Positions 36,677 to 49,359 of a DNA stretch of 64,000 nt are shown one piece after another. The stretch comes from Octopus sinensis (lineage: Eukaryota), in assembly GCF_006345805.1 (NCBI RefSeq), contig NW_021833446.1, positions 1-64,000 of the forward strand. The letters run 5' to 3'. The translations under genes and the position numbers were made by a program. The notes below the pieces were generated by a model. It saw nothing but the letters and a program-made list of their open reading frames with translations. It was not told the origin of the DNA and ran no database searches. How positions within the stretch are numbered: position 1 is the first letter of the stretch; every line of letters starts with the position of its first letter.

Positions 36677-39600
36677 ATGGTCAAGATTGGTTGTGTGAAT
36701 GCGCGTGGTTTGGGGTCTCCTTGGAAACAAGGATACCTCCTAAATGACATCAAGTCACATGATTTGGGAATCATAGCCATAAGTGAGACCAGACTCCACG
36801 AGCCACGGGCCCTAAAGTCCATGTTTGGCGGATAGTTTAACATTTATTTCGCTCCCTGTCTGCCGAGGATGGGCGGTAGTGGCACCGCGGTACTTTTTCA
36901 CAAGAGCCTGGATCTCGAAGTCAAGACGATATTCGTAGACCCGGAAGGTAGACTGGTCGTTCTGGATGTCGACGGTAGCAATGGGTGCGCTTTTCGACTC
37001 GTATCAGTCTACGCACCGCCCTTAACAGGTCGGGCGGATTTCTTTCGACGTCTAGAAGTATTCTTGGGAACGTCTCGTCCTTTACTCTTAGTGGGGGATT
37101 GGAATGCTACCTTGGACACGCATGTAGACTACGTGGAAAGAGATAGAAACAGAAGGGGATGCAAATGCCTCAGAGACCTGCTCAGACGATTCCAACTGTC
37201 TGACAGGTACCGACTCGACCACCCAAATGCACCAACGTGGACATGGAGCAACCGCAGTGGGTCGTCGAGATCGTATCTAGATAGGATACTGTGTAGGACA
37301 GTAGACAAGGATAACTTAGGATGTCCACAATTCCACACAGTCAGCTACACGGATCACAAATTGGTGACGTGTACGCTAGACTTAGATAAGGCACATAGAC
37401 AGGGTCCTGGGTACTGGAAACTGAACGCATCTTTCCCGTCCAGACAAGTTTTCAGAGACCGGATTAGCACACTAGTAAAGAGGGCTTTGACGGGAGCCAT
37501 CATTAACAACAAATGGTGGTTTGCCCTCACGAGAGCAGTAAAAGCAGAAGCGATTAGGTACAGCAAAGCACTAGCCATAGATAGAAATAGAGTAGAGGGT
37601 GAGCTAGTTAAGAAGCTAGAAGAGGCAATTAGAAGCGGCATCGCATCCGACGTTTTGGCGGCGAGGTTGGCCCTCGACCAACACTTCAACGCCAAACACG
37701 AAGGATGTGCTGTCAGAGCTAGGATACGTGCTCTAAGGAACGAAGGTGTTGGAGCCGCGAGAGAGGCCCGGGTGGAGAGGCGCAACAGGGCAACAAAGCC
37801 ACCATTCGGTCACTGGTAGATGAACAGGGGCGCGAATTGCTCGAGCCAAGTAAAATGTGTGAGGCCTTTCAGCAGCATTTTGCCCGACTGTTCGGGACGA
37901 GTGGAGGGCAAGAACGTAGGGTGGACTTCAGTGCCTACCTACATAGCCTGCCACGACTCTCGACAAGAAAGGCAGGGTGCTGCGAATGGTGCCATCATGG
38001 CGCGGAAGTGCAGGAAGCGATAGCAGAATGCTCGAGGGACAAATCACCGGGTTTGGATGGTCTACCCTACGAGCTTTACAATTGTATGCCAGACTTGTTT
38101 GGAGACGTCTTGGCAGCGGTATACTGCAACTGGCAGCAAAACGGGAGCATTCCCGGTTTTGTGAGTCGAGGAGCTGTAACTCTGCTAAAGAAAGATCCAA
38201 ACAAGGGAAACATTATAGATAACTTTAGACCAATCACGCTGCTCAATGCAGACCTGAAAATTTTGACAAAGGTGTTAGCCAAGAGGTTGGCGCTTGTCAT
38301 CGAGAAACTGGTCGACAACGCACAAACGTGCGCCGTGCCGGGCCGGAGCATCCATGACAACCTCCATCTGATGCGCTACATCATAGACAGGGTAGTTAAC
38401 GAACCTGGCATGGGTGGGGCCCTGATCAACTTGGATCAATCGAAAGCCTTTGATAGGGTAGACCATCGATACTTGGAGGCAGTCCTGAGAGCGGCTGGTT
38501 TCGGTCCCGTCTTCCGCGGCTGGATAGCTGCCTTGTACAGAGGCATCCGTTCGGTAATTCGCGCGTAAATGGACATCTATCGAGACCTTTCGACATTGCA
38601 CGTTCGGTCCGTCAGGGATGTCCCCTCTCGGCGCTTCTATACGTATTGACTCTTGAGCCACTACTGCGGAAGCTGGCGACTCTAAGGGGCATCCCGCGAG
38701 AATTGGGATGCGGGACGAGCGTGTCTGCATACGCGGACGACGTCACCGTCATAGTGTCAAGCCACGAGCACATCGAGCGGGTCGGCGAGACACTGAAAGA
38801 CTACGAAGCGGTGACAGGAGCAAAAATCAACCGGGAAAAGTCAGTGGGCTTGCGGCTCGGCACCTGGAGAAGCAAGCCCATGCCGTCCACCAGCGCCTCC
38901 GTCGTGGGACGCTGGACAGACGGCCCGGTCGAGTTGCTCGGGGTTTGGTTCGGTCCGGACCTCCAATGGAGAAAACTGGAACGAGATAACGAGTAGGGTG
39001 GTCACTCTCGCCCAGCAATGGGCCGAGAGGAAACTGTCCCTAAAAGGTCGGGCGGAGGTGGTGAACGCGTACATCGCGTCCATCATCTACTACCGCCTGA
39101 CCGTCGTACCTTGTCCCGACCCTACCATCACCAAACTAGAACGCATCCTCTTCCGCTTCTTGTGGAAAGGATGCGTCCCGATGGTCAGGCGATCCATTTG
39201 CTGTCAACACCCGTTAAAAGGAGGGCTGGGCATGCCGTGGTTGATGATGCGCAGACACGCGCTGAGACTGCGACATCTCCGGCTCTGTGTAGACGACGGT
39301 GAACAGGTGTGGTCGCCGTTTGTGAGGCACGCATTCCCGCAACTCGTCTCCATGACCGAACTACAGTCGTGGATCAAAAAGAGGCCGAGGAAGGGCGATT
39401 GGCACCGCGAGTGTCGCGTTGCTCTCAAGCAACTCTGTCGTCCCGGGTCGACCTTAAGTGACTTCAACACAACCAAAGCATTCTATAGGGGATTAGTGGA
39501 GGGGAGGTACGACGACGAGCTCGGGGCAAACCTGGGCGTCGACGAGGAATACCTGACCCGCCTGTTTCAAACGACTTTCGGCCCGGGACCTATGGACAAC

Positions 39601-40111
39601 TTCCAGAGATCCCTGGCCTGGCGGTGCTACCGAGAAGCGCTACCCGTTCGGGATAAGCTCTATAGGCATGGCTCGAGAAACACGGGGCCGACCTGCCCGA
39701 GATGCGGTCAGAGCGACGAAACCGCTCTGCACGCAATCGTGCAGTGTCCAGCAATTCCCACCTGTGGGCTTATGTCGAACGACTGCTGTCACGTGTGGGA
39801 CGTGTCGGTTTATCAGCCGAGTCTATCGTTAATATCGTCACGCCTCCTTCCTTCAAACGGGAAGGAAGAGCTATTTTTATCATACTTGTGGCTATGGCGA
39901 AAGAATGTATCAGGTGGACGCGCCTGAAAGGATTAGAGACAAACACTTTCCTCTCTGGTCAATCTCTCATCAACTTCTTCAAGTATCACTTGAAGAGGAA
40001 AGTGAGAGTAGAGAGGCAAGTTTTGTCTAGTGAATGTTTTAAAAAAGATGGGTGAATGTAGCAAGGATGGTACGTATGAATGACGAAGCCACCTTGACTA
40101 TGATTCTATGA
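36677..40111 (+). pseudogene. Tx1 ORF2 (APE endonuclease, RT, CCHC) with premature stop and frameshifts
   Basis: MVKIGCVNARGL, ISETR, VSVYAP, VGDWN, YLDRIL, TDHKLV, GPGYWKLNAS, FRPITLLNAD, LDQSKAFDRVDH, VRQGCPLS, YADD (38730-38741), CPRC-x8-H-x4-C. Stop at 36833; frameshifts near 37775, 38565, 38966, 39750 and 40045. Confidence 0.92.
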
Positions 40112-40480
40112 ACATAAAATTAATACAGAGAGTTGCTTATTTGCAAAAAAAAAGAAATATAATATGTGACTTCATTGACCGAGGTTACCGTGGTCTTTTC
40201 CGTAGGCTTTTCTTTCCACGGGTAAACCTCACCTGTTCTCCACTTTACACTTCATATTGACATTTCTGTGATAACGATCCCTATTGATCAATTTTTTTGC
40301 TCTCCCCCCACCTTTTTTTTTTTTATTAACCCCTACCTTTTTTTTTTAGTCCTCTTTCTTTCCTTTTACGATCCCTTTTGATCGAAAACCACCACTCCCT
40401 TTTTTTTACCCCCAAAAGAAAAGCTCTACCTTGTAATTTGTTCTATCTGTGTGCAGCCCTGTGTGGCTAATAAAGAAACA

Positions 40481-40704
<224 letters not shown>

Positions 40705-40707
40705 CAT

Positions 40708-41660
40708 CTGGGGCATGCCGTGGTTGATGATGCGCAGACAGGACGACTTTCGGGCCAGGGCCCATGGACAACTTCCAGAGATCCCTGGCCTGGCAGTGCT
40801 ACCGAGAAGCGCTACCCGTTCGGGATAAGCTCTACAGACACGGCTCGAGAAACACGGGGCCGACCTGCCCGAGATGCGGTCAGAGCGACGAAACCGTTCT
40901 GCACGCACTCGTGCAGTGTCCAACAATTTCCGACCTGTGGGCTTGTGTCGAACAACTGCTGTCACGTGTGGGACGAGTCGGTTTATCAGCTGAGTCTATC
41001 GTTAATATTGTCACGCCTCCCTCCTTCAAACGGGAAGGAAGAGCTATTTTTATCATCCTTGTGGCTATGGCGAAAGAATGTATCTGGTGGACGCGTCTGA
41101 AAGGATTGGAGACAAACACTTTCCTCTCTGGTCAATCTCTCATCAACTTCTTCAAGTACTACTTGAAAAGGAAAGTGAGAGTAGAGAGGCAAGTTTTGTC
41201 TAGCGAATGTTTTAAAAAAAGATGGGTGAATGTAGCAAGAATGGCACGTATGAATGACGAAGCCACCTTGAGCATGATCCTATGAACCCAGAAATTGAAA
41301 ACAGAGAGTTGCTTATTTGCAAAAAAAAAAAAAAAAAGAAATATAACATGTGACTCCATTGACCGAGGTTACCGTGGTCTTTTCCGTAGGCTTTTCTTTC
41401 CACGGTTAACCTCACCTGTCCCCCCTTACACTTCATATTGACATTTCTGTGATAACGATCCCTATTGATCAATTTTTTTTTTCCCTCTCCCCCTTTTTTT
41501 TTAACCCCCCTCTTTTTTGTCCTCTTTCTCTCCCTTTACGATCCCTTTTGATCGAAACTCCCCCTTCCTTTTTTTTTTTTTTTTTAAACCTTCAAAAGAA
41601 AAGCTCTACCTTGTAATTTGTTCTATCTGTGTGCAGCCCTGTGTGGCTAATAAAGAAACA
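40708..41660 (+). mobile_element. Tx1-group LINE copy 4, 5'-truncated with an internal 311 nt deletion
   Basis: 33 nt (40708-40740) joined via CA microhomology to sequence 311 nt further on (relative to copy 2); AATAAA at 41649-41654 then (TATC)/(TCCA)n. Confidence 0.95.
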
Positions 41661-41788
41661 TATCTATCTATCCATCTATCTATCCATCTATCCATCTATC
41701 TATCCATCTATCTATCCATCTATCTGTCTATCTATCTATCTACTTGTTTGTCTATCCATCTATCTATCCATCTATCTATCTATCTATA

Positions 41789-41822
<34 letters not shown>

Positions 41823-42446
41823 CCTCTCTCTCTCTGTCTGTATGTCTGTCTGTCTTTCTCTTTCCTCCTGTCAGTCTTTCTCTCTGCCTATCTGTTCTAT
41901 TTAATCCAAATCGTAACCGCTCCCTCTTACGCTACTGTTTTCCTGATGGCTGTTTAATCCAGTTTTCAACTCCTGTTATTTTTTCTTCTAAAAAAGAAGA
42001 AATCTACAGCGTTTTTGAAACTGTGAAAACTATTTTCTTTGTGCAACTCATCTTGATTCGAGGAGTGAATTCAGATTGTCGCTGAGAATTGAAAATATTC
42101 ACATATAATATCACAGCAAGGAGTATAACAGCTAATACAAGTACATATCTGCAAACCGTGTATGTTCAGTTAAAATCAAATACTTGTGACGGGAAGCAGG
42201 GAGCTGAAATGGATGCTAGAATTAGATGCTAGAATTTCAGGTGCTGGGACAATAATGTAGCAGCTCCTGCATTCGATCTTCAATTCGGTTTTCATGCTCA
42301 TCCTCTGTAATTCTCATCAATTTTGGTTAATGACCAAAAGGGTATGATCACGTATACTAAAGGCCAAGATAGGGGTCTTCTGAATGACCTCCGGAGTAAT
42401 GTTACTCGACGAGGTTGCGTAGCTCGAAGGTCAGGGCGCCTCGCCT

Positions 42447-42584
42447 GGTCAAGGTGTTACCTGTCTACAGGTCAAGGTGTTACCTGTCTACAGGTCAAGG
42501 TGTTACCTGTCTACAGGTCAAGGTGTTACCTCTTTACAGATCAAGGTGTTACCTCTCTACAGGTCAAGGTGTTGCCTCTCTACA
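42447..42584. repeat. 23 bp minisatellite, 6 units (ggtcaaggtgttacctgtctaca)
   Basis: Units start at 42447, 42470, 42493, 42516, 42539 and 42562; no spacers. Confidence 0.95.
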
Positions 42585-42599
42585 CTTAGAGGTAACAGA

Positions 42600-42850
42600 A
42601 CTGGTACTATGGACATGGGATTAGAATATCGCAGGAAAGAATCAGAAAACGGATTCTCCACGCCGAGTCAGCCGGCAGAAGACTTAGGGGTAGACCAAGA
42701 ATGGATTGGTTGGATAATATCCATAGTCTCAGTTGGACCTGCTTGGGAATCTATCCGGAAAGTGTAATGACTTTTGCATCAGATAGGATCCTATGGAGGA
42801 AGTACTTGAGGCCTTTACTTCCCCGAGAAATTGGGTGGAGAGAATGGATG
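42600..42850 (+). pseudogene. RTE-clade (Rex3/Expander-like) RT C-terminus relic
   Basis: WYYGHGIRISQERIRKRILHAESAGRRLRGRPRMDWLDNIHSLSWTCLGIYPESVMTFASDRILWRKYLRPLLPR. Confidence 0.8.
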
Positions 42851-42956
42851 AATGGTGGAGCATTCCTTAAACTTACTGAGTCTGATTTAGACGATTCACG
42901 AACTGTTGTAAGACACGGGCGCCATATTTGATGTCTCCTTGGTAGGAATTTTATAA

Positions 42957-43462
42957 CTTTACTTCTTTTACTTGCTTCAGTCATTGAACTATGGCCATGC
43001 TGGGGCACTGCTTTGATAGGTTTTAGTTAAACAAGTCGAATCCAGTAATTATTTTAAGCCTAGTACTTGTTCTGTTAGTCTGTTTTGCGTAAACGCTAAA
43101 TTACGGAGAAGTAAACAAACCAACAAAGGTTGTCAAGCTGTGGTGCGGACAATCCCAAACACAATAAAACACACTCTTGCACACACACACACACGCAGAC
43201 ACGCACACACACACACACTCTCACACGCAGACACGCACACTCTCACACACGCAGACACACACACTCTCACACACGCACACACATACACACACACTCTCAC
43301 ACACATTCGTGTGTGTATATAGGCGGGATTCCACACAGTTTCCATGGACAATATACATTCACAAGGCCCGGGTCTATAATAGAAGGCACTTGCCCAAAGT
43401 GCTGCGTATTGAGATTGAACCCGAAACCATATGGTTGCATAATGAACTTCTTAACCATACAG
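42957..43462 (-). mobile_element. SINE family A, near full length with expanded (CA)n
   Basis: A tail at 42957 and A head (agaaggcacttgcccaaag...gaacccgaaacc) near 43380-43460. Confidence 0.8.
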
Positions 43463-44082
43463 TGACATTGATCACTATATGGTTAATTACTGTTAGTCGT
43501 AAATCACTCCTAAAACCCTTTATAGGGCAGGATTGAACGCATAACGTCACACCCAATAAATAACGCACGCCATTTTGCCCAGCTTTTTTCAGATTCTGCA
43601 AATAAAAAATTTAGTATTAAATACTACAAAAGATCAAAAACTGGATTTGATCTGGATAAATATCCTTCCCATGAGTTTTACTGACGTAATTGAAGTGAAA
43701 CTGTTTCTACAGGGAATCTAAATAGGATCAAAAATTTATTTCGCTGCTAATTTTACGGTACAACATGGCGGAAATATAATTTTTTCAATTATTTTCTTTC
43801 TTCTTTATTTCATAATTGAATTTGAATAAAATAGGCTCCTGGTTCAGAAATTCTTACTGATATCGTTTAGCTTTTCTTAATTAGAAACTATCAATTTTTA
43901 ACGTTAATGAGCAGCCAATGAATTTCCAAGGGACGTAATAACGCTTCACAAAGAAGCAAAAATGTGATTATTATTATTATTATTATTATTAAATGACAAG
44001 CGAAAATGTTTTGAAATGGAAAAAATTAAAACAAAACAAAAAGGAAATGATGTTCAGCAATATTAATGATGATGATGGTATG

Positions 44083-44141
<59 letters not shown>

Positions 44142-44843
44142 TATTATTATTAATAATAATTGTTATTTTTGTTTTTGTTATAAAGCAATTTTATTGTTGT
44201 CATTGTTACAATATTTCTGTTGATTCCGTTTTCTCTTTTAGTATACATTTTACTTTTGTTTTTCGTTTTGTTTTCTTTGATCCATTTTTTTGTGTTATTA
44301 TTTTGGTTTTTAATAATCTCCGAATCTTTATTTCCAATCTTTAGAAATATTCGATTGCAGTTTTATTAAATTTCGTTTTACAACTGAAAAACGAAAACTG
44401 AAATAAATAGAACAACAAAACACAACCACAATTCCGACAAAAGCAACAACAACAGTAGCAACAACAACGATAACATGAACGACAACAACAACGACTCAAT
44501 TTCCTACGCGATTAGTATTAAGTATCTCCCTTATATTTTATAAACACAAAAAGAAACCAACAAAACCGACAAAGTGACAACAGTGGCGCTCTTCTATGGT
44601 TGATAGAAATAGGAGCCAAATCTTCCTCATATCATATCCTACTGTTAAAAAAAAAACGGACGCAGTTCCTGATGCTCTGCACATCGGAAAAATACTGGAT
44701 AATTTTGGCTTCAGTGTATTTGATCTATAACCTACTTGGATGGACAGAGTTTACATGAGGCTAATAACCACAACAATAACAAACCCAGTTATACTGAGAT
44801 TTGGAGACAGAGCACAGAAAGAAAAAATAAAATTATGATGATG

Positions 44844-44919
<76 letters not shown>

Positions 44920-44925
44920 AATAAT

Positions 44926-45478
44926 GCCCTGATGCAGTACCAGGCAGTGGCTCTCATGGCTTCTGATCTTAACTGATTGGAAGTGTTATCATGTACTTGT
45001 TTTGTCTTGGTATAAAAGATGGGCTACAGCAAATATTCTGCTCAATACCACAGATTTGCTTGTCAGTTGTTTGACCTTAACCAGTTGAGCATGTCCCTTA
45101 GTGGCTGACGATATGTGCATCTCTGATCACGAGCAGAAGTAGTGGGGGAGCATCATAGCCATGTGTTGAGAGGGATTCTTTGGGGTTTGAATAATTCACC
45201 TCTGGAAACATGGGTGGTTCTTTCAACATCCTTAAACAACCCTTAATCAGGGACCTTTTGAGCGGGATGGGCTACTCAACCTGAAGAAAATTCTAACTGG
45301 GCCCCACCTGTGAGGTCATGCACTGTTTATCTTGATGTGTGATCACTATGTCATGCACATATGGTTGTGATGCATGTGCCTGGTGTACCTTTATCAGACG
45401 GGTAGTCATGATGGGTATATTGGGCTTCGTATATTTTACCTCAGTGTCACTTTGATGGCATGAACTGCTCTCTCACTC
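44926..45478 (+). mobile_element. 553 nt non-coding element embedded in (TAA)n
   Basis: Sharp transitions (taa)n|gccctgatgcag...ctctcactc|(aat)n; no ORF, no TIR, no tRNA head. Strand inferred. Confidence 0.6.
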
Positions 45479-45719
45479 AATAATAATAATAATAATAATA
45501 ATAATCAAATAATAATAAAACCAGAAGAAGAGCGCAACTGTAATTGGTAACGAATAGAGACTGACACTGTTTATTAAAATGAGAATGAAACGAATGAACA
45601 GTATTTCGACATTCCGTGTGTCTTTTACAAGTTCAAAATATAAAATGAAATTAGATTCAAAGATAGGAAACGCTGAAACATTCAAAATTAAACCGGAATA
45701 ACTGCGGGTGGGGGGTGCA

Positions 45720-46740
45720 GCGTTCAGAAACTCTACGTCTAAAGGCTACCATTGGCGGAAGAGGAAATATTTGTCAGAAGTGAGGACATTTCTCTGAAAC
45801 ATGTTGGTAACTTTCATGCAACACTTTTGAAATGCCAGCGAAACTTCGGTGCCAGTTAATCCCTGAAGGAATTCAGCCGTAAGATCTTTTCTGACTGCTA
45901 AAATTAGGCGGGAAAGTATTTGCTTGTTTCCAATAATCATCCAATGTCTGTGCCAATCCATTTTATCCTCAAAAACTGGGACTTCGGATTTGATCTGGTT
46001 GTATGATGGGGATGATCAGAGCGGCGGTGGAGATAAATATGGGATGACGTGGGTTTGCAAAATAATTCGGCCTTAACTTTTGTCTCCAAAAATTCGATGC
46101 TAGTTTTTGGAAAGCTCGACCTGAATTTTATTTTGGACTTAAAGCCATAGTCTTCTGCGAATCAGTCACAGTAATGTCAAAATTTGACTAAACTATCCTG
46201 TGTTCCTTCTCAGACAAAAAAGACGTCGTCAATGAACCGTAACCAGAATATAGGTTCATGACCATGCAGGGATTTGAATGTCTCCATTAATTGCGTTTCA
46301 AATATTATCAAGAAGATATTTGCAAAATTAACTGCCATAGGGGTTCCCATGGTGCATCCCTTCGTCTGATGGAAAAATTTTTCTCCAAACTTCATTGTGT
46401 AACAAATTTTAATAACATTGAGTAACAAATTGTAACAAATTTTAATAACTTACAGAGAAACTTTGAGGGAAACTTCAAAGGCTTCCAGGCATGCTTCCAT
46501 CCCCTCATCGTGATCGATGTTAGGGTATAACGAAGAGATATCCATGGTTACCAAAAATCAATCTATCACAGTCTTCGGTGTTTAGAATATTTGTTCAATT
46601 GGAAGCAAACTCAAAAGTATCCCTAATGCAGGAACTTGATCATTTAGCTACTGGCAGCAGAAAGTCATCCAGCCATTCGAAATTTTAGCAGAGCAACATT
46701 CATTGGAGTTTCACCGGGGAGTTTCTCTGGGGCAGGAGAA
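45720..46740 (-). pseudogene. Penelope-like element RT/linker relic
   Basis: Minus strand: [52 protein letters not shown] (46225-46239), IEFLETKV, CKPTSSHIYLHRRSDHPHH, FPLPPMVAFRR; many stops. Confidence 0.88.
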
Positions 46741-46782
46741 ACTCCAACGAGGGCCAATAATAATAATAATGATAATAATAAT

Positions 46783-46960
46783 CCTTTCTGCTAAAGGCAC
46801 AAGGCCTGAAATTTGGCGGAAGTGGGGAGACTAGTCGATTATATTGACTCCAATGTTTCACTGGTTCTTAATTTATCGTCCCCGAAAGGATGAAAGGAAA
46901 AGTCTACCTCGACAGAATTTGAACTCAGAACGTACATGCGAACGAAATGCCGCTAAGCCA
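46783..46960 (-). mobile_element. SINE family B, tail B1
   Basis: cctttctgctaaaggcacaaggcctgaaatt...gaatttgaactcagaacgt. Confidence 0.85.
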
Positions 46961-47212
46961 AGAAAAATTAAGGTGGACGAAGACATTAATGATTAGATCT
47001 ATCACGATATTTGATTGGTAAATATTTTATCGATCTCCGGGAAACGGGAGGCACAGTCTATGTTGGTGGGACGCGAACACAAAGCGTAAGATTTACCACC
47101 CCTCCTCTTCCTGCTGCTGCTGCTACTACTGCTACTACTACTACTACTACTACTACTAGTACTGCTGCTGCTGCTGTTGCTGCTACTATTACTACTACTA
47201 CTGCTGCTGCTG

Positions 47213-47244
<32 letters not shown>

Positions 47245-47697
47245 GCTACTACTACTACTACTACTACTACTACTAGTCGATGTGCTTCATGCAGCAAATA
47301 GTTTGATGAGATAACCATCTGTAGAACTCGGTGCTGTGATAACGTTAAACGGCTTCTTCTAATTGAGGATGGATTGATGAAAGGAAAGATTTAATAAAAG
47401 TTAGTAAAGGGAGAATTAATGAAGAAATCTCATTAAGAAGATTGGAAATTAGGTTGAGGCGGCAACCATACAACCAAAGTCGAATGGCAAATGAGGAACG
47501 CGCGCACACACGCACTCCCATGCACGCGCGCACGCACGCTCGCACGAAAATACACATATCTATATATGTTATTCTGCCAGTCACGATATGTGTTCGTGCG
47601 TTACACTTTTAACAACCTTAGCTAGGGAACCAAGACGAAACCAGAATAGAAATCTTTATCAGAATCTATGAGATCCCAGGGTCACACATTCAACACG

Positions 47698-47731
<34 letters not shown>

Positions 47732-47909
47732 TGTATGTATGTATGTATGTATGTATGTATGTATGTATGTATGTATGTATGTATGTATGTATGTATTTGT
47801 GTGTGTGTGTGGATGTGTGTATATGTGGATGTGTGTATATACATTCGCCATGATAGATCACTAGCCACTACCCATTTTTTATTTTCTCTCCTTGTTTCAT
47901 TCTGTGTCC

Positions 47910-47945
47910 CTTTCTGTGGAAGAGCGTAGACTCGAAACGTTAAAG
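47910..47945 (+). ncRNA. Variant hammerhead-like motif with non-canonical core
   Basis: cttt-CTGTGGA-a-gag-cgtaga-ctc-GAAA-CGTT-aaag. Stems I and II intact, but core A6 is replaced. Confidence 0.35.
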
Positions 47946-48040
47946 ACTTTTTCCCTTCCCGAGCGTTATACTAATACATCTGTTTGTTTTGTATACCACC
48001 TGTCTTCGTCTTCGAGTTTCTTTTTTGTGTGAATTCCCCC

Positions 48041-48090
<50 letters not shown>

Positions 48091-49359
48091 AGTGAACAAA
48101 TGCATATATAGCATGTACGTATTTTAGATGTACATTTGAATATAACTGTGCGCGTATGGGTATGTGCACATGTGTGTGTGTGTGCGCGCGCGTGTTTGCG
48201 GATATACATATGTGTACATCGTGCGTGTGTGTGTGGATCTGTGCGGGTACGTACATTTGTATGGTTGCATATATATGTGGGTGTACATGCATTTGTTCCA
48301 CGCGAGTGTGAATGAGCATATAGCATGCGCGTATTTTTAGACGTGTATTTGAATATAACTGTGCACGTATGGGTATGTGCACGTGTGTGTGTGTATGTGT
48401 ACGCACGCGTGTGTGGATATGTATACGTGTACATGCATGGTTGCATATATATGTGCATATGTTGCCGTATGTGTGGGTGCGCATGTGTGTGTTTCATGCG
48501 AGTGTGAGGGAGGATATGCATATAGTCACATGTACATGGGTGTGCGTGCGCATATGTGTATGTATGTTCATGCGCGCATACGCGATTGCTATGCGCAGTT
48601 TTACTCCTTTACTTGTTTACTTCCACCCCTTCGGTTTTTTCCTTATTTAATGGTCATTCTAATAGCTTTTTGTCTTAATAACGGTCAATTACATAGTAAT
48701 TTCCCTTTGTTTAACGGTCATTTTCATAGCCTCGATAACTGAAGAGATGCCGGTGTAGGCCCTCAGAAATTCTGGGTTTGTGTCTGGCATGCTGAGTAAC
48801 CACTCGAAGTGAGGTGACCTTTAGCTTTTCTTAAAGCATACCTCTTGAACCATCTTCAAACCCAAGTTATGTCTGTTCTGATAATCGGCGGTGGATCTCT
48901 GCGACGGTCGACAATCGAGGGCAAAATCCACTGCTTCGGATCACAGTACCCCAAAGTATGTATGCATGGGACCGGGGACCACATGTGCCCTTGTATTTCC
49001 ACTGAATCTCCGAATATGAACTCTACGCCACAGCAGTGAGTGACAACTCTGGCTGCAGTGTATGCGCTATCCAACGCGCTTGCTCACCCAATGGCCATTA
49101 CAGACTGGACAGTGGCCGACCGTCGGATGTGGTCAGTATTCATGAGGTACGTGGGGAACTCATTGGTCGGTGTCAGCTTAACTCACCCCTGGTGAATACC
49201 GCCGCAATACAAATAAGCTATATCTATGTTTGTGTTCATGGATAATTTGTAGTTGTGTGGTGAATATGAATTTCGCTTTAGTAAACAAGTGTTTGTGCTT
49301 CACTCTTACGTATGTCTGTTCATACATTCCATATGTATATGAGGATGTGTATACCAACT

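Larger units (their letters stand above)
36263..40480 (+). mobile_element. Tx1-group LINE copy 3, 4.2 kb, truncated within putative ORF1
   Basis: Complete but disrupted ORF2, 3' UTR, AATAAA at 40469-40474, flanked by (TATC)n on both sides. Confidence 0.95.

Noticed and set aside
42447-42584. CRISPR-like regular repeat
   Set aside because: The units are contiguous with no spacers, and the context is eukaryotic.
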